From an uncultured delta proteobacterium (GTDB lineage: Bacteria > Myxococcota_A > Polyangia > Palsa-1104), in assembly GCA_963785725.1 (NCBI GenBank), contig CAWAWS010000006.1, forward strand, positions 120,128 to 184,127: a stretch of 64,000 bases of DNA, read 5' to 3'. Positions 28,178-38,798 of this stretch are shown here, piece after piece. Position 1 is the first letter of the stretch. Each line of letters starts with the position of its first letter. The notes under the pieces are model-generated. The model ran no database searches. It saw only the letters and a list, made by a program, of their open reading frames with translations, and was not told the DNA's origin. The translations under genes were made by a program, and so were the position numbers.

Positions 28178-28931
28178 GCATGACCTTTTCGACTTCGGTT
28201 CGCAGCTCGCGCATGATGCGCCCGACGTAATGCGCGACGTCGCTCTCGCCGTTGCGCGGTCGCGCCAACGCGATCGGCTCGTCGAGCTTGATGCGCCCGG
28301 GCCGCGTGGCCATGAGGACCACGCGATCGCCCAGGCGCACCGCCTCGCGGACGTTGTGCGTGACGAAGACCACCGTCTTCTTCGTCGCGCGCCAAATGTC
28401 GGTCAATTCGCCGTGCAAGACGTCGCGCGTCTGCGCGTCGAGCGCGGCGAAGGGCTCGTCCATGAGCAGCACTTGCGGATCGGGCGCCAGCGCGCGCGCC
28501 AAGGCTGCGCGCTGCCGCATGCCGCCCGACAGCTCGTGCACATAGGCGTCGGCGAAGCGCCACAAGTGCACCTTCTTCAAGAACGTCTCGACGCGCTGGG
28601 CGCGCTCGGCCTTGTCGGCGTAACCGGCGAGCTCGAGCCCGAAGTCGACGTTCTTGCGCACGCTCAGCCACGGGAACAGCGCCGAATCCTGAAACATGAC
28701 GCTGCGCTCGGGACCCGGCCCTTCGATCGGCTTGCCGTCGAGCGTGACCGTGCCGGCGTCGGCGCGCTCGAGCCCGGCGATGAGGTTGAGCAGCGTCGAC
28801 TTGCCGCAGCCCGATGGACCGACGAGGCAGACGAACTGGCCGTCCTCGATCGTCAAGTCGACCTCGGCCAGCGCGTGGTGCGAGCCGCGCCGCGTGGCGA
28901 ACCGCTTCGAGACCTGGTGCAGCGCGATCAT
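28095..28931 (-). CDS. ABC transporter ATP-binding protein
   Basis: ORF 28095..29180 trimmed to ATG 28931 (ATGA overlap with the binding-protein stop). Walker A is GPSGCGKST, the signature is LSGGMRQR and Walker B is LLMDEPF. Its 3' end overlaps the permease ORF by up to 83 nt. Confidence 0.92.
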   Translation of the reverse strand: MIALHQVSKRFATRRGSHHALAEVDLTIEDGQFVCLVGPSGCGKSTLLNLIAGLERADAGTVTLDGKPIEGPGPERSVMFQDSALFPWLSVRKNVDFGLELAGYADKAERAQRVETFLKKVHLWRFADAYVHELSGGMRQRAALARALAPDPQVLLMDEPFAALDAQTRDVLHGELTDIWRATKKTVVFVTHNVREAVRLGDRVVLMATRPGRIKLDEPIALARPRNGESDVAHYVGRIMRELRTEVEKVMREEIDDAWQPTPGAVPPDPAGGMGGGI

Positions 28932-29950
28932 GGCGGCGGCGCAGTCGTCGTCGGGGCGAAGCGCCGGTCGAGGATGCCGGTCATGTCGCCGGCGGGCAGG
29001 AAGTCGAGCGCGCGCCCGTCGGCCAGCTGCTTCTGCAACGCCGCGTCGGAGATCACGCTCGTCAGCTCCACGCGCCGCCACGCATCGGCGAACACCTGCG
29101 GCGGCAACCGCTTCTTCGCCCACTTGAACAGGCCATCGTCGACGGCCATGCGCGCTTCGGCGTCGTGCGCGTGGATCCAATCGATCGTCTGCTGGTTGGC
29201 GTGCACGAGCTTCTGCACGACCTCGGGATGCTCGTCAGCCAGCTTCTTCGTCACCACCAGCACCGTGATCGGGAACTTGTGCTCGGGCCAGCGGTCGCGC
29301 TCGTCCAAAAACAGCTGGCCATTGGCCTCGTCGATGAGCCGCGACAGCCACGGCTCGGGAACCCAGGCGCCGTCGATCTCTTTGCGCTTCATCAGCGTCA
29401 GGATGTCGGCGTTGGCGATGGGCATGACCTGCACGTCGCCGCCGCGATCCTTCGTCTTCATCCCGAGCGCGCCCAAATAGGTGCGCAAGGCGATGTCTTG
29501 CGTATTGCCGAGCTGCGGCGACGCCAGCTTCTTGCCGTGCAGGTCTTTGGGCTTGGCGATGCCGGCGTCTTTGCGCACGACGAGCCCGGCGCCATTGTCG
29601 GCCGCACCGGCGACGATGACGAGCCCCTCGCCGTGTGAGCGCAAGTAGCCGCTGATGGCGGGCGCGGGGCCGACGTAGCAGGCGTCGAGCGCGCCGGCGA
29701 AGAGCGCCTCCATCGCTTCGGGCCCGGCGTTGAACGGCTTGCCGTCGATGGCGACCGGGTCGAGCGCGTGCGCGAAATCGCCATGAACGAGGCCGACAAT
29801 CGGCACCGCGTGGGTCAAATTGGGGAAAAAGCCGAGCCGCAGCGTGCGCAGCGGCGGCGGCGCCGATTTATGCTCGACCTTGCCGCGACAACCGAGCAGC
29901 GCCATCGTCAACGTCACGAGGGCAATGCGAGTTTTGTCGGGGCGCGTCAT
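28928..29950 (-). CDS. ABC substrate-binding lipoprotein (NMT1/SsuA/TauA-like)
   Basis: This is the C-terminal 340 aa of ORF 28928..31210, starting at ATG 29950 (MTRPDKTRIALVTLTMALLGC lipobox). LRLGFFPNLTHAVPIV and GKKLASPQLGNTQDIALR are typical of sulfonate/nitrate-type binding proteins. Confidence 0.85.
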   Translation of the reverse strand: MTRPDKTRIALVTLTMALLGCRGKVEHKSAPPPLRTLRLGFFPNLTHAVPIVGLVHGDFAHALDPVAIDGKPFNAGPEAMEALFAGALDACYVGPAPAISGYLRSHGEGLVIVAGAADNGAGLVVRKDAGIAKPKDLHGKKLASPQLGNTQDIALRTYLGALGMKTKDRGGDVQVMPIANADILTLMKRKEIDGAWVPEPWLSRLIDEANGQLFLDERDRWPEHKFPITVLVVTKKLADEHPEVVQKLVHANQQTIDWIHAHDAEARMAVDDGLFKWAKKRLPPQVFADAWRRVELTSVISDAALQKQLADGRALDFLPAGDMTGILDRRFAPTTTAPPP

Positions 29951-29999
29951 GGGCCGTATCGTCGTCAGCGGCGGCAGTCGGTGCAAGCGGAAACGAATG

Positions 30000-30026
30000 T
30001 TTCGTGCCGCGGAAACATCCACGAAA
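30000..30026. promoter_or_regulatory. operator-like inverted repeat in the divergent ABC / ptsP-like intergenic region
   Basis: TTTCGTG-N13-CACGAAA is a perfect 7-nt inverted repeat. It is nested with GGAAAC repeats at 29989-29994 and 30011-30016 and with the palindrome GAAAC-gaat-GTTTC (29990-30003). Confidence 0.4.
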
Positions 30027-30142
30027 TGCGCCTCCCGCATAATCCAATCATGAGGAGCCGCGCGCCAGATCGACAGCTGCCACGACGTCGACGGGAAGTC
30101 GTCCCGACGGTTCATGGGCGCGGCGAACCGCGGCTGGACGCC

Positions 30143-31414
30143 ATGCTGGAGCTCGCGGAAGAGGCCTCGAAGCCGGCGCCGCTGTCGTCGGTGCTGTCGT
30201 CGCTGTGTGCGCGTATCGCGGCGGTCTTGCGCGTCGACGTGTGCAGCATCTATCTGCGCGAGATCGACGGCGCTTCGGGGCCGCGGCGAACTCACGGCGA
30301 CCTCGTCCTGCGCGCCAACTGGGGTTACTCGCCGGCCGCCGTCGGTCAAGTGCGCATGGGTGTCGGCGAAGGCTTGACCGGCTTTGCCGTCGAGTGTTTG
30401 CGGCCGGTGTCGGTCGCGCGCGCCTCGACCGACGCCCGCAACAAGTCGTTCGATTTCATGGACGAGGAGCGCTTTCCGTCGCTGTGCGCGGTGCCGCTCG
30501 TCGATGGCGGGCGCGCCGTCGGTGCGCTCGTCGTGCAGCGGCGCTTGCCGCGCGCGTTCGGGCAGCGCGAGATCGTGCTCGTCGCGTCGACGGCGCCGCC
30601 GGTGCTGTTCGCGATCGAGCGGGCGCGGCTGCGTGAGCGCGAGCAGCTGGCCGCGGCGCAGCCGACGACGCCGGTCGCGCCGTCGCGCGTGCACGAGGTC
30701 GTCTTGCGCGGGCAGATCGCGGCCCCCGGTCACGCGCTCGGGACGATCGCCGTGCGCCGGCATCATCACGCGGCCCCGGCGCGCCAGCTGGGCACGGTGG
30801 CCGACGAGCAGGCGCGCCTGTCGGCCGCGCTCGCCGAAGCGGCCGAGGAGATGACCGCGCTCGAGCAGTGGGCGCTGACGAACGCGCCGCTCGATCGCGC
30901 GACGATGTTGTCGTTGGTCTCGCCGGCGCGCTTCGTGCTCGACGACGCGCGGCTGCGCGGTCGCATGCGCAAGCAAGTGGACGCGGGCGTCGCCGCCGAG
31001 GCGGCCGTCGAGCGCGTCATGCGCGAATACACGCGCGTGTTGTCGACGGCGGGCGAGCGCCTCTTGGCCGATCGCGCGCTGGAAGTGGAAGCCTTGTGTC
31101 TGCGCGTCCTCAACCGCCTGACCGCGCCGGCGTCGAAGCTGCCGGCGGGCGCCGTGTTGGCGGCGGCGCGACTGACGGTGTGCGACGCCATCGAGCTGCG
31201 CGCCGGTCACGCCGCGGGCGCCGTCCTCTCGGCGCCGGCCGCGTCGTCACCCGGCCTCGCCATCGCCGTCGCGCTCGGGTTGCCCGTCGTCGCCGGCCTG
31301 GGCGAGCTGTTCCGTTGGGTGTCCGACGGCGATCGCATCCTCGTCGACGGCGACGTCGGCGTCGCCACCGTCAACCCGTCGCGCGTCGACGTCGCCGCGC
31401 ATCGCCGCCGCTAG
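30143..31414 (+). CDS. PtsP-like GAF / enzyme-I N-terminal protein lacking phospho-His and PEP-binding domain
   Basis: ORF 29768..31414 trimmed to ATG 30143 (MLELAEEASKP...VDVCSIYL, as in PtsP N-termini). It has a GAF domain, an EI-N helical region and a swivel-like segment. The canonical GG-TSH-AI-AR-LGIP is AASSPGLAIAVALGLPVVAG, so there is no His. The protein ends after about 423 aa without the TIM-barrel domain. Confidence 0.75.
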   Translation: MLELAEEASKPAPLSSVLSSLCARIAAVLRVDVCSIYLREIDGASGPRRTHGDLVLRANWGYSPAAVGQVRMGVGEGLTGFAVECLRPVSVARASTDARNKSFDFMDEERFPSLCAVPLVDGGRAVGALVVQRRLPRAFGQREIVLVASTAPPVLFAIERARLREREQLAAAQPTTPVAPSRVHEVVLRGQIAAPGHALGTIAVRRHHHAAPARQLGTVADEQARLSAALAEAAEEMTALEQWALTNAPLDRATMLSLVSPARFVLDDARLRGRMRKQVDAGVAAEAAVERVMREYTRVLSTAGERLLADRALEVEALCLRVLNRLTAPASKLPAGAVLAAARLTVCDAIELRAGHAAGAVLSAPAASSPGLAIAVALGLPVVAGLGELFRWVSDGDRILVDGDVGVATVNPSRVDVAAHRRR

Positions 31415-31433
31415 TCTCCGCCCGAATCCGCGC

Positions 31434-32330
31434 TCAGCGAACGAGGAGGGTGAGCACGAGGGCGTTGCGCACGCCGCGGATTGCCACGCCGTCGTCGTCG
31501 GGGGTGCCGAGCGGCTCTTGCCACGTGACCGCCAGGCTGATCTGACCGGCGAGCCGCGGCGTGAACCACCACGTCGCGCCCACGCTGCCGCCGGCGAACG
31601 CGTAGCGGTCGGGCGAGTCGACGTACGCGTGCGCGCCGCCGCTGACGCCGACGCCCAAGCCGAGGCGGCGGCCGAGCCACCAGGTGGCGCCGAGGTGGCC
31701 TTCGGCGCCGGCTTCGGCCAGCTGCGCGAAGGCGTCGAGCTCGAGGTGGCGATGGACGACGGCGTAGACCTCGGCGAACGCGCCGCCGTAATAGCGCACC
31801 TGCGAGCGGCGCGTGCCGACGGCGAAGGACGTGCCGCCCCAGCCGGCCGACACCCGCAAATCGCCGAAGCGTAAGCCGACGGCGGCGGAGAAGTGCTCGA
31901 GCTGCTCGCTGAGCTGCGAGTCCTCGAAGCGCCAGGTGTCGTAATCCCACTCGAACGAAGCGGCGATGTAAAAGCGGCGCAGTAGATAGCCCTCGGCGTC
32001 GGCGTCGATCCAGCCTTGCGCCAGCGGCGACGACCCGCCGTAGTCGGGGAGTTGGCGATCGGCGTAGCCGCCGCCGCCGCCGACATGCAGCCGCGTCGCG
32101 TATTGCAGATAGGGTTGCAGCGACGGTGGCGAGTCGTCGTCGTGGATGCCGCGATCGAAGAGCGTGAAGCCGGCCGAGCCGAAGCCACCGAGCTCGCGGC
32201 CACCGCCCGACACGCCATCGATCCAGGTCGGGCGATAGTCGAAGCCGGTGTTGAGGTCGAGCAGGAGCTCGGTGGTGTCGCCGGTCGGCGGCAGCGCGAG
32301 CGTGATTCCGAGGAGCAGCGTCGTAAGCAC
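31434..32330 (-). CDS. predicted outer-membrane beta-barrel protein
   Basis: 298-aa ORF. It shows alternating hydrophobic beta-strand patterns, Gly/aromatic girdles (ATWWLGRRLGLGVGVSGG, GATWWFTP) and a C-terminal hydrophobic beta-strand-like end (NALVLTLLVR). Confidence 0.6.
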   Translation of the reverse strand: MLTTLLLGITLALPPTGDTTELLLDLNTGFDYRPTWIDGVSGGGRELGGFGSAGFTLFDRGIHDDDSPPSLQPYLQYATRLHVGGGGGYADRQLPDYGGSSPLAQGWIDADAEGYLLRRFYIAASFEWDYDTWRFEDSQLSEQLEHFSAAVGLRFGDLRVSAGWGGTSFAVGTRRSQVRYYGGAFAEVYAVVHRHLELDAFAQLAEAGAEGHLGATWWLGRRLGLGVGVSGGAHAYVDSPDRYAFAGGSVGATWWFTPRLAGQISLAVTWQEPLGTPDDDGVAIRGVRNALVLTLLVR

Positions 32331-32387
32331 AGGGCAGCTTGGCGCAGTCGGTGGTCGGGAGCGGTGAGCGCCGTCACCGCCGCGGCG

Positions 32388-32819
32388 TTACAAGCCGGAG
32401 TCGTCGGTCGGGAGCAGGTCCGAGCTGCCCAGATCGACGCCGCCGACGATCGACATGTCGTCGGGCGCGGGCAGCTGATCGAGGACGACTTTGACGGTCG
32501 AACGCTCGCCTTTACTGGCGCTGCCCGTGCCGACGCCGCTGGCGAGGACGCGATAGTCGACGTCGAACGCGGTGACGGTGACGGTGATGGCGGCGTCGAA
32601 GCGCTTGGCGACGAGCATGCCGAACGACGTCGGCAACGTGATCGGCGGCGAGCCAATCTGAATCGTCGTGTCACCGTAAGGCGAGGTCAGCTCGACGCCG
32701 AGGTGATCGATGGGCGCGGTCAAGCTGAGCGTCGTGGACACGTCGACGACGACGAGGCCGTCGGCCTTGTGGCAGCCGACGGCCGACAACGCCAGCGCCG
32801 CCAGCAGCCAGGCTTTCAC
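32388..32819 (-). CDS. small lipoprotein, unknown function
   Basis: This is the tail of ORF 32388..33170, starting at GTG 32819, which overlaps the upstream stop (GTGA). The lipobox is VKAWLLAALALSAVGC. Confidence 0.65.
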   Translation of the reverse strand: MKAWLLAALALSAVGCHKADGLVVVDVSTTLSLTAPIDHLGVELTSPYGDTTIQIGSPPITLPTSFGMLVAKRFDAAITVTVTAFDVDYRVLASGVGTGSASKGERSTVKVVLDQLPAPDDMSIVGGVDLGSSDLLPTDDSGL

Positions 32820-33397
32820 TGGAACCTCGTCGTGCCGAGCGCCGTCGACGCCGTCGGTGTGGCGTTGTAGCGGGCGACGCCGACGCCGATGCCGACCGCG
32901 AGCCCGAGGACGACCACGCCGCCGACGGCCGTCCACGCCCACCACTTTTTGTAGATCGGCGTCGGCTCGGGCACGTCGGGAGTCGCCGTCAGCGTCGGCG
33001 CGACGGCGACCGGCGCCACCGGCTTCGTCTGCGCCGCCAACGCCGCGTCGTCCATTTGCGCGGCCAGCTTGTCGGCCTCGTCGCGATTGGGCGCATCGGG
33101 TGGCGCTTGCGCGAGGTAGTCGCGATAGCTCTTGGCCGCCGTCTCGAAGCTGCCCAGCTGGCGCTCGCACTCGGCGATGCTGAACAGCAGCGCCGGCTGC
33201 GGGCTCTCGCGATAGGCGCGCTGAAACATGACCAACGCCTGCGTGAACTGCTTCTGGCTGTAGGCGTTGGCGCCGCGGTCGGAGAAGGTCTTGGCCGCGG
33301 CGTCATCGGCCGCGGCGACGCGAGCGACGGCGAGGACGAGGAAGAGGACGAAGGTCTTCACGTTCCGGACAGGAGCTTTTCGCGCGGCGAATTGCAA
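32816..33397 (-). CDS. secreted TPR-like protein with C-terminal TM anchor
   Basis: 193-aa ORF. It has a signal-like N-terminus, a TPR-like segment (YSQKQFTQALVMFQRAYRESPQPALLFSIAECERQLGSFETAAKSYRDYL) and a TM helix (WWAWTAVGGVVVLGLAVGIGVGV). Confidence 0.7.
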   Translation of the reverse strand: MQFAARKAPVRNVKTFVLFLVLAVARVAAADDAAAKTFSDRGANAYSQKQFTQALVMFQRAYRESPQPALLFSIAECERQLGSFETAAKSYRDYLAQAPPDAPNRDEADKLAAQMDDAALAAQTKPVAPVAVAPTLTATPDVPEPTPIYKKWWAWTAVGGVVVLGLAVGIGVGVARYNATPTASTALGTTRFQ

Positions 33398-33544
33398 GCG
33401 CGACGTGCATGCGCGGCTGCGAAAAGCGCAGCGCCGGCATCGGCGGTCCGACCTGCGAGCCGCCGGCGCGGGTTTCGTCGTCTAACGGAAACGTCGTTGG
33501 CGCCTTCCGGCTGGTAGTCCGGCGGACATCGCCGTTCGACGCGG

Positions 33545-36121
<2,577 letters not shown>

Positions 36122-36356
36122 AGCGTATCTGCGACCCGAAGCGAATCCCGATCGCCGACGAGAGAGGGCTCGTTCGAGCTCCCAGCGGCGATCGAGCCGC
36201 CCGCCCGCGCATCGGCGCCGCGATCGCGACCGCGCGCCGACGGAGCCTCGCAGGGCGAATCACCGGTCGACTGCTCGCGCTCGCCAAGACGCGACTGTGC
36301 GGCAGATGCGCGTGGCCGATCGGTCACTATGTTGCTGGTGTTCGAAGGAGGTTGCA

Positions 36357-36650
36357 ATGTCTGACACATTGAAGGACGTGAGCGTGGTGGTCCCGTCTGA
36401 CTTCACGTGTGGCGAATTCGAGGTCTCGGGCGCCGTCATCCTGGAGTGCCAGGACCTGCTCGCCAGCGGCTGTCCCGGCATTCCGCCGTACGAGGAGGAG
36501 GCGGTGCTGTATTTCGCCTCCCTGGCCGACCACGCCGAGCTCCTGGCGATGCGTTCGGCCTGGCTGCGACGCCACGCGGACGCTGACGACGACGAAGAAG
36601 ATTCATCCTCGATGAGCGAATTCGAAGACGAACCGGCTGCAGTGCACTGA
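36357..36650 (+). CDS. small acidic hypothetical protein (97 aa)
   Basis: This is the tail of ORF 35397..36650. GAAGGAGG lies 5-6 nt upstream of ATG 36357. The product is MSDTLKDVSVVVPSDFTCGEFEVSG...DADDDEEDSSSMSEFEDEPAAVH. Confidence 0.6.
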   Translation: MSDTLKDVSVVVPSDFTCGEFEVSGAVILECQDLLASGCPGIPPYEEEAVLYFASLADHAELLAMRSAWLRRHADADDDEEDSSSMSEFEDEPAAVH

Positions 36651-36704
36651 GCCGTCCGCACGACCCACGGGCAGTGTCTCGATCGCGGGTTGGCCGAGGG
36701 CTAC

Positions 36705-36774
36705 CCGGTGTAGTGCCGGCGCAGCGCACCTATCGGGCCGCGAGCTCGATGGCACCGACGCCGAGCTACACCGG
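36705..36774. terminator. long imperfect hairpin between convergent genes
   Basis: CCGGTGTAG (36705-36713) pairs with CTACACCGG (36766-36774), and about 6 further imperfect pairs lie inside. There is no U-tract. Confidence 0.3.
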
Positions 36775-36840
36775 TGCTACGAGAAGCGCGCACCGACAAC
36801 GCAAGGGCCTGAAAGCGCTACAGAAGACGCTCTCTCAAAG

Positions 36841-38742
36841 CTACATGCCGTATTTGGCGAGCTTCTTGTGTAGCCCTTCGCGCGTGATGCCGAGCGTCTC
36901 CGCGGTCTTCGTCTTGTTGCCGCCGTGCTCGCGCAGCGCCTCGACGAGCAGCCAGCGCTCGACCTCTTCCATCATGTCTTTGAGCGTGCCCTTCTTCGGC
37001 GCCACGCGTCCCAACAGGCCTTCGACTTTGCGCACCGACGGCGCCAGCAGCTCGGGCGTGATGAAGCCCTCGTTGTCGCACTGGATGACGAGCCGCTGCA
37101 CTTCGTTCTCGAGCTCGCGAATATTGCCGGGCCACGAATAAGCGCTCAGTTGATCCATCGCCTCGGGCGTAATCCCGGCGACCGGCTTATTCATCTCCGC
37201 CGTATATTTGCGCAAGAAATGATCCGCCAATAACGGAATATCCTCGCGACGCTCGCGCAACGGCGGCAAGCGCAACGGAAATACCCTCAGTCGATAAAAG
37301 AGATCGTGACGGAACGCGCCCTTTTCGACCTCTTTCTCCAACGAGCGATTCGTCGCGCAGATGATTCGCACATCGACCGATTTATTGGCCGTGGCACCGA
37401 CGGGGCGAATCTCGCCCTCTTGCAAGACGCGCAAGAGCTTCGCTTGCAGGTTGAGCGTCATTTCGCCGATTTCATCGAGGAACAACGTCCCGCTATCGGC
37501 GATCTCGAACAGACCTTTCTTGTCGTGGTCGGCGCCGGTGAAGGCGCCTTTCTTATGTCCGAACAGCTCCGATTCGAGCAGGTTTTCCGGCATCGCCGCG
37601 CAGTTTTGCGCCACGAATAATTTATCGCGCCGTTTACCTTGATAATGAATCGCCGAGGCAATGACCTCTTTGCCGGTGCCGGTTTCGCCTTCGATACACA
37701 CCGTCGCGCGCGTATCGATGACCTTCTCCAGCTGCCGGAAGATCTCTTTCATCGCCGACGAATCGCCGATGATGTCGGAGAAGCGCCGCTTTTCTTCGCG
37801 GCCCTTCAAATACTTCACTTCGCCGCGCAGCTTCTCTTCGGCGAGCTTCAAGCGCTGCATGAGCCGCGCGTTCTCGATCGCGAGCGTCGCCAAGCCCGCG
37901 ACCGCCGTCACCATGTCGAGATCCTGCTCGAACAAGATGCCGGAGCCGCGATTGTCGCACTGCAAGACGCCGCGAATGGTGTCGCCGTCCCACAAAGGCG
38001 CGCCGATCGACGACACGATGTCGGCGCGCATGACCGATTCGGTGCCGATCTCCGCTTTGGCGTTGGTGACGAGGACGGCGGCTTTGTCGCGCGTCACCCG
38101 GCGAACGACGGCGCGCGAGATCGGAAAGCGCTCGTTGGGCGCGTTGCGGGCGCGCGCGAACACGGTGTTCAGGCGGCCGTCCGGATCGTCGGCGAGGTCG
38201 ATGGCGACGTGGGTGATCTTGGGCGCCAGCTCGAAGATCGCCTCGCCCACGCCTTCGAAGACGGCCGTCAAATCGAGCCCGCGCCGGCCCAGCTTCTTGG
38301 CGACGTTGTAGAGCGCCGCGGCGCGCGCCGGATCGCGCTCGATCTTGCCCTGCACGTCGGGCAGCTCGCTCAAGTCGCGCTTGGCGATGATCTCCTGCTT
38401 CACGCGGCCGTCATCTTCGATGCGGACGCGACACTTGATCATCACCGGCTGCGTCGGATCGCCGAGCAGCAGCTGATCGCCGTCGCTCAAGATCGTCTCC
38501 ATGTTGCCGCTGTCGAGCGTGATCGTCGCGTCGCCGCGCTGCACGCGCGAGCCGTTCGTCGACTTCAGATCGCGGAAAATATAGCGATCGTCCTCGCGGA
38601 AGATCTGCCCGTGCTCGCCGGACAAATGATAATCGCCGAGCACCACCTGGTTGGTGGGCCCGCGGCCGATGGTGAGCACCGGCAGGTCGAGCTCGAACGT
38701 GGCGCCGGCGTTCTCCCCGGCCAGGACTTCGAGAGTAATCAT
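36841..38742 (-). CDS. FHA-GAF sigma54-dependent transcriptional activator
   Basis: ORF 36841..39039 trimmed to ATG 38742 (MITLEVLAGENAGATFELD...). It has an FHA domain (TIGRGPTNQVVLGDYHLSGEHGQI...FRDLKSTNGSRV), a GAF-like middle, an AAA+ core (GETGTGKE, GAFTGA, RIICATNRSL) and a C-terminal HTH (KTKTAETLGITREGLHKKL). Confidence 0.92.
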   Translation of the reverse strand: MITLEVLAGENAGATFELDLPVLTIGRGPTNQVVLGDYHLSGEHGQIFREDDRYIFRDLKSTNGSRVQRGDATITLDSGNMETILSDGDQLLLGDPTQPVMIKCRVRIEDDGRVKQEIIAKRDLSELPDVQGKIERDPARAAALYNVAKKLGRRGLDLTAVFEGVGEAIFELAPKITHVAIDLADDPDGRLNTVFARARNAPNERFPISRAVVRRVTRDKAAVLVTNAKAEIGTESVMRADIVSSIGAPLWDGDTIRGVLQCDNRGSGILFEQDLDMVTAVAGLATLAIENARLMQRLKLAEEKLRGEVKYLKGREEKRRFSDIIGDSSAMKEIFRQLEKVIDTRATVCIEGETGTGKEVIASAIHYQGKRRDKLFVAQNCAAMPENLLESELFGHKKGAFTGADHDKKGLFEIADSGTLFLDEIGEMTLNLQAKLLRVLQEGEIRPVGATANKSVDVRIICATNRSLEKEVEKGAFRHDLFYRLRVFPLRLPPLRERREDIPLLADHFLRKYTAEMNKPVAGITPEAMDQLSAYSWPGNIRELENEVQRLVIQCDNEGFITPELLAPSVRKVEGLLGRVAPKKGTLKDMMEEVERWLLVEALREHGGNKTKTAETLGITREGLHKKLAKYGM

Positions 38743-38798
38743 GCGATGCGAGTTAGACGCGAAAGTATAGCCGCTTCGCCAGTGACGCCGACAAAAAA

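Noticed and set aside
28928-31210. The 760-aa ORF 28928..31210 (-) and the 567-aa ORF 54397..56100 (-) taken at full length.
   Set aside because: Only the C-terminal parts (from ATG 29950 and ATG 55248) show signal-peptide or family motifs. The N-terminal extensions are Arg-rich and overlap well-supported genes (the ptsP-like gene on the other strand, and the GT2 gene in another frame).
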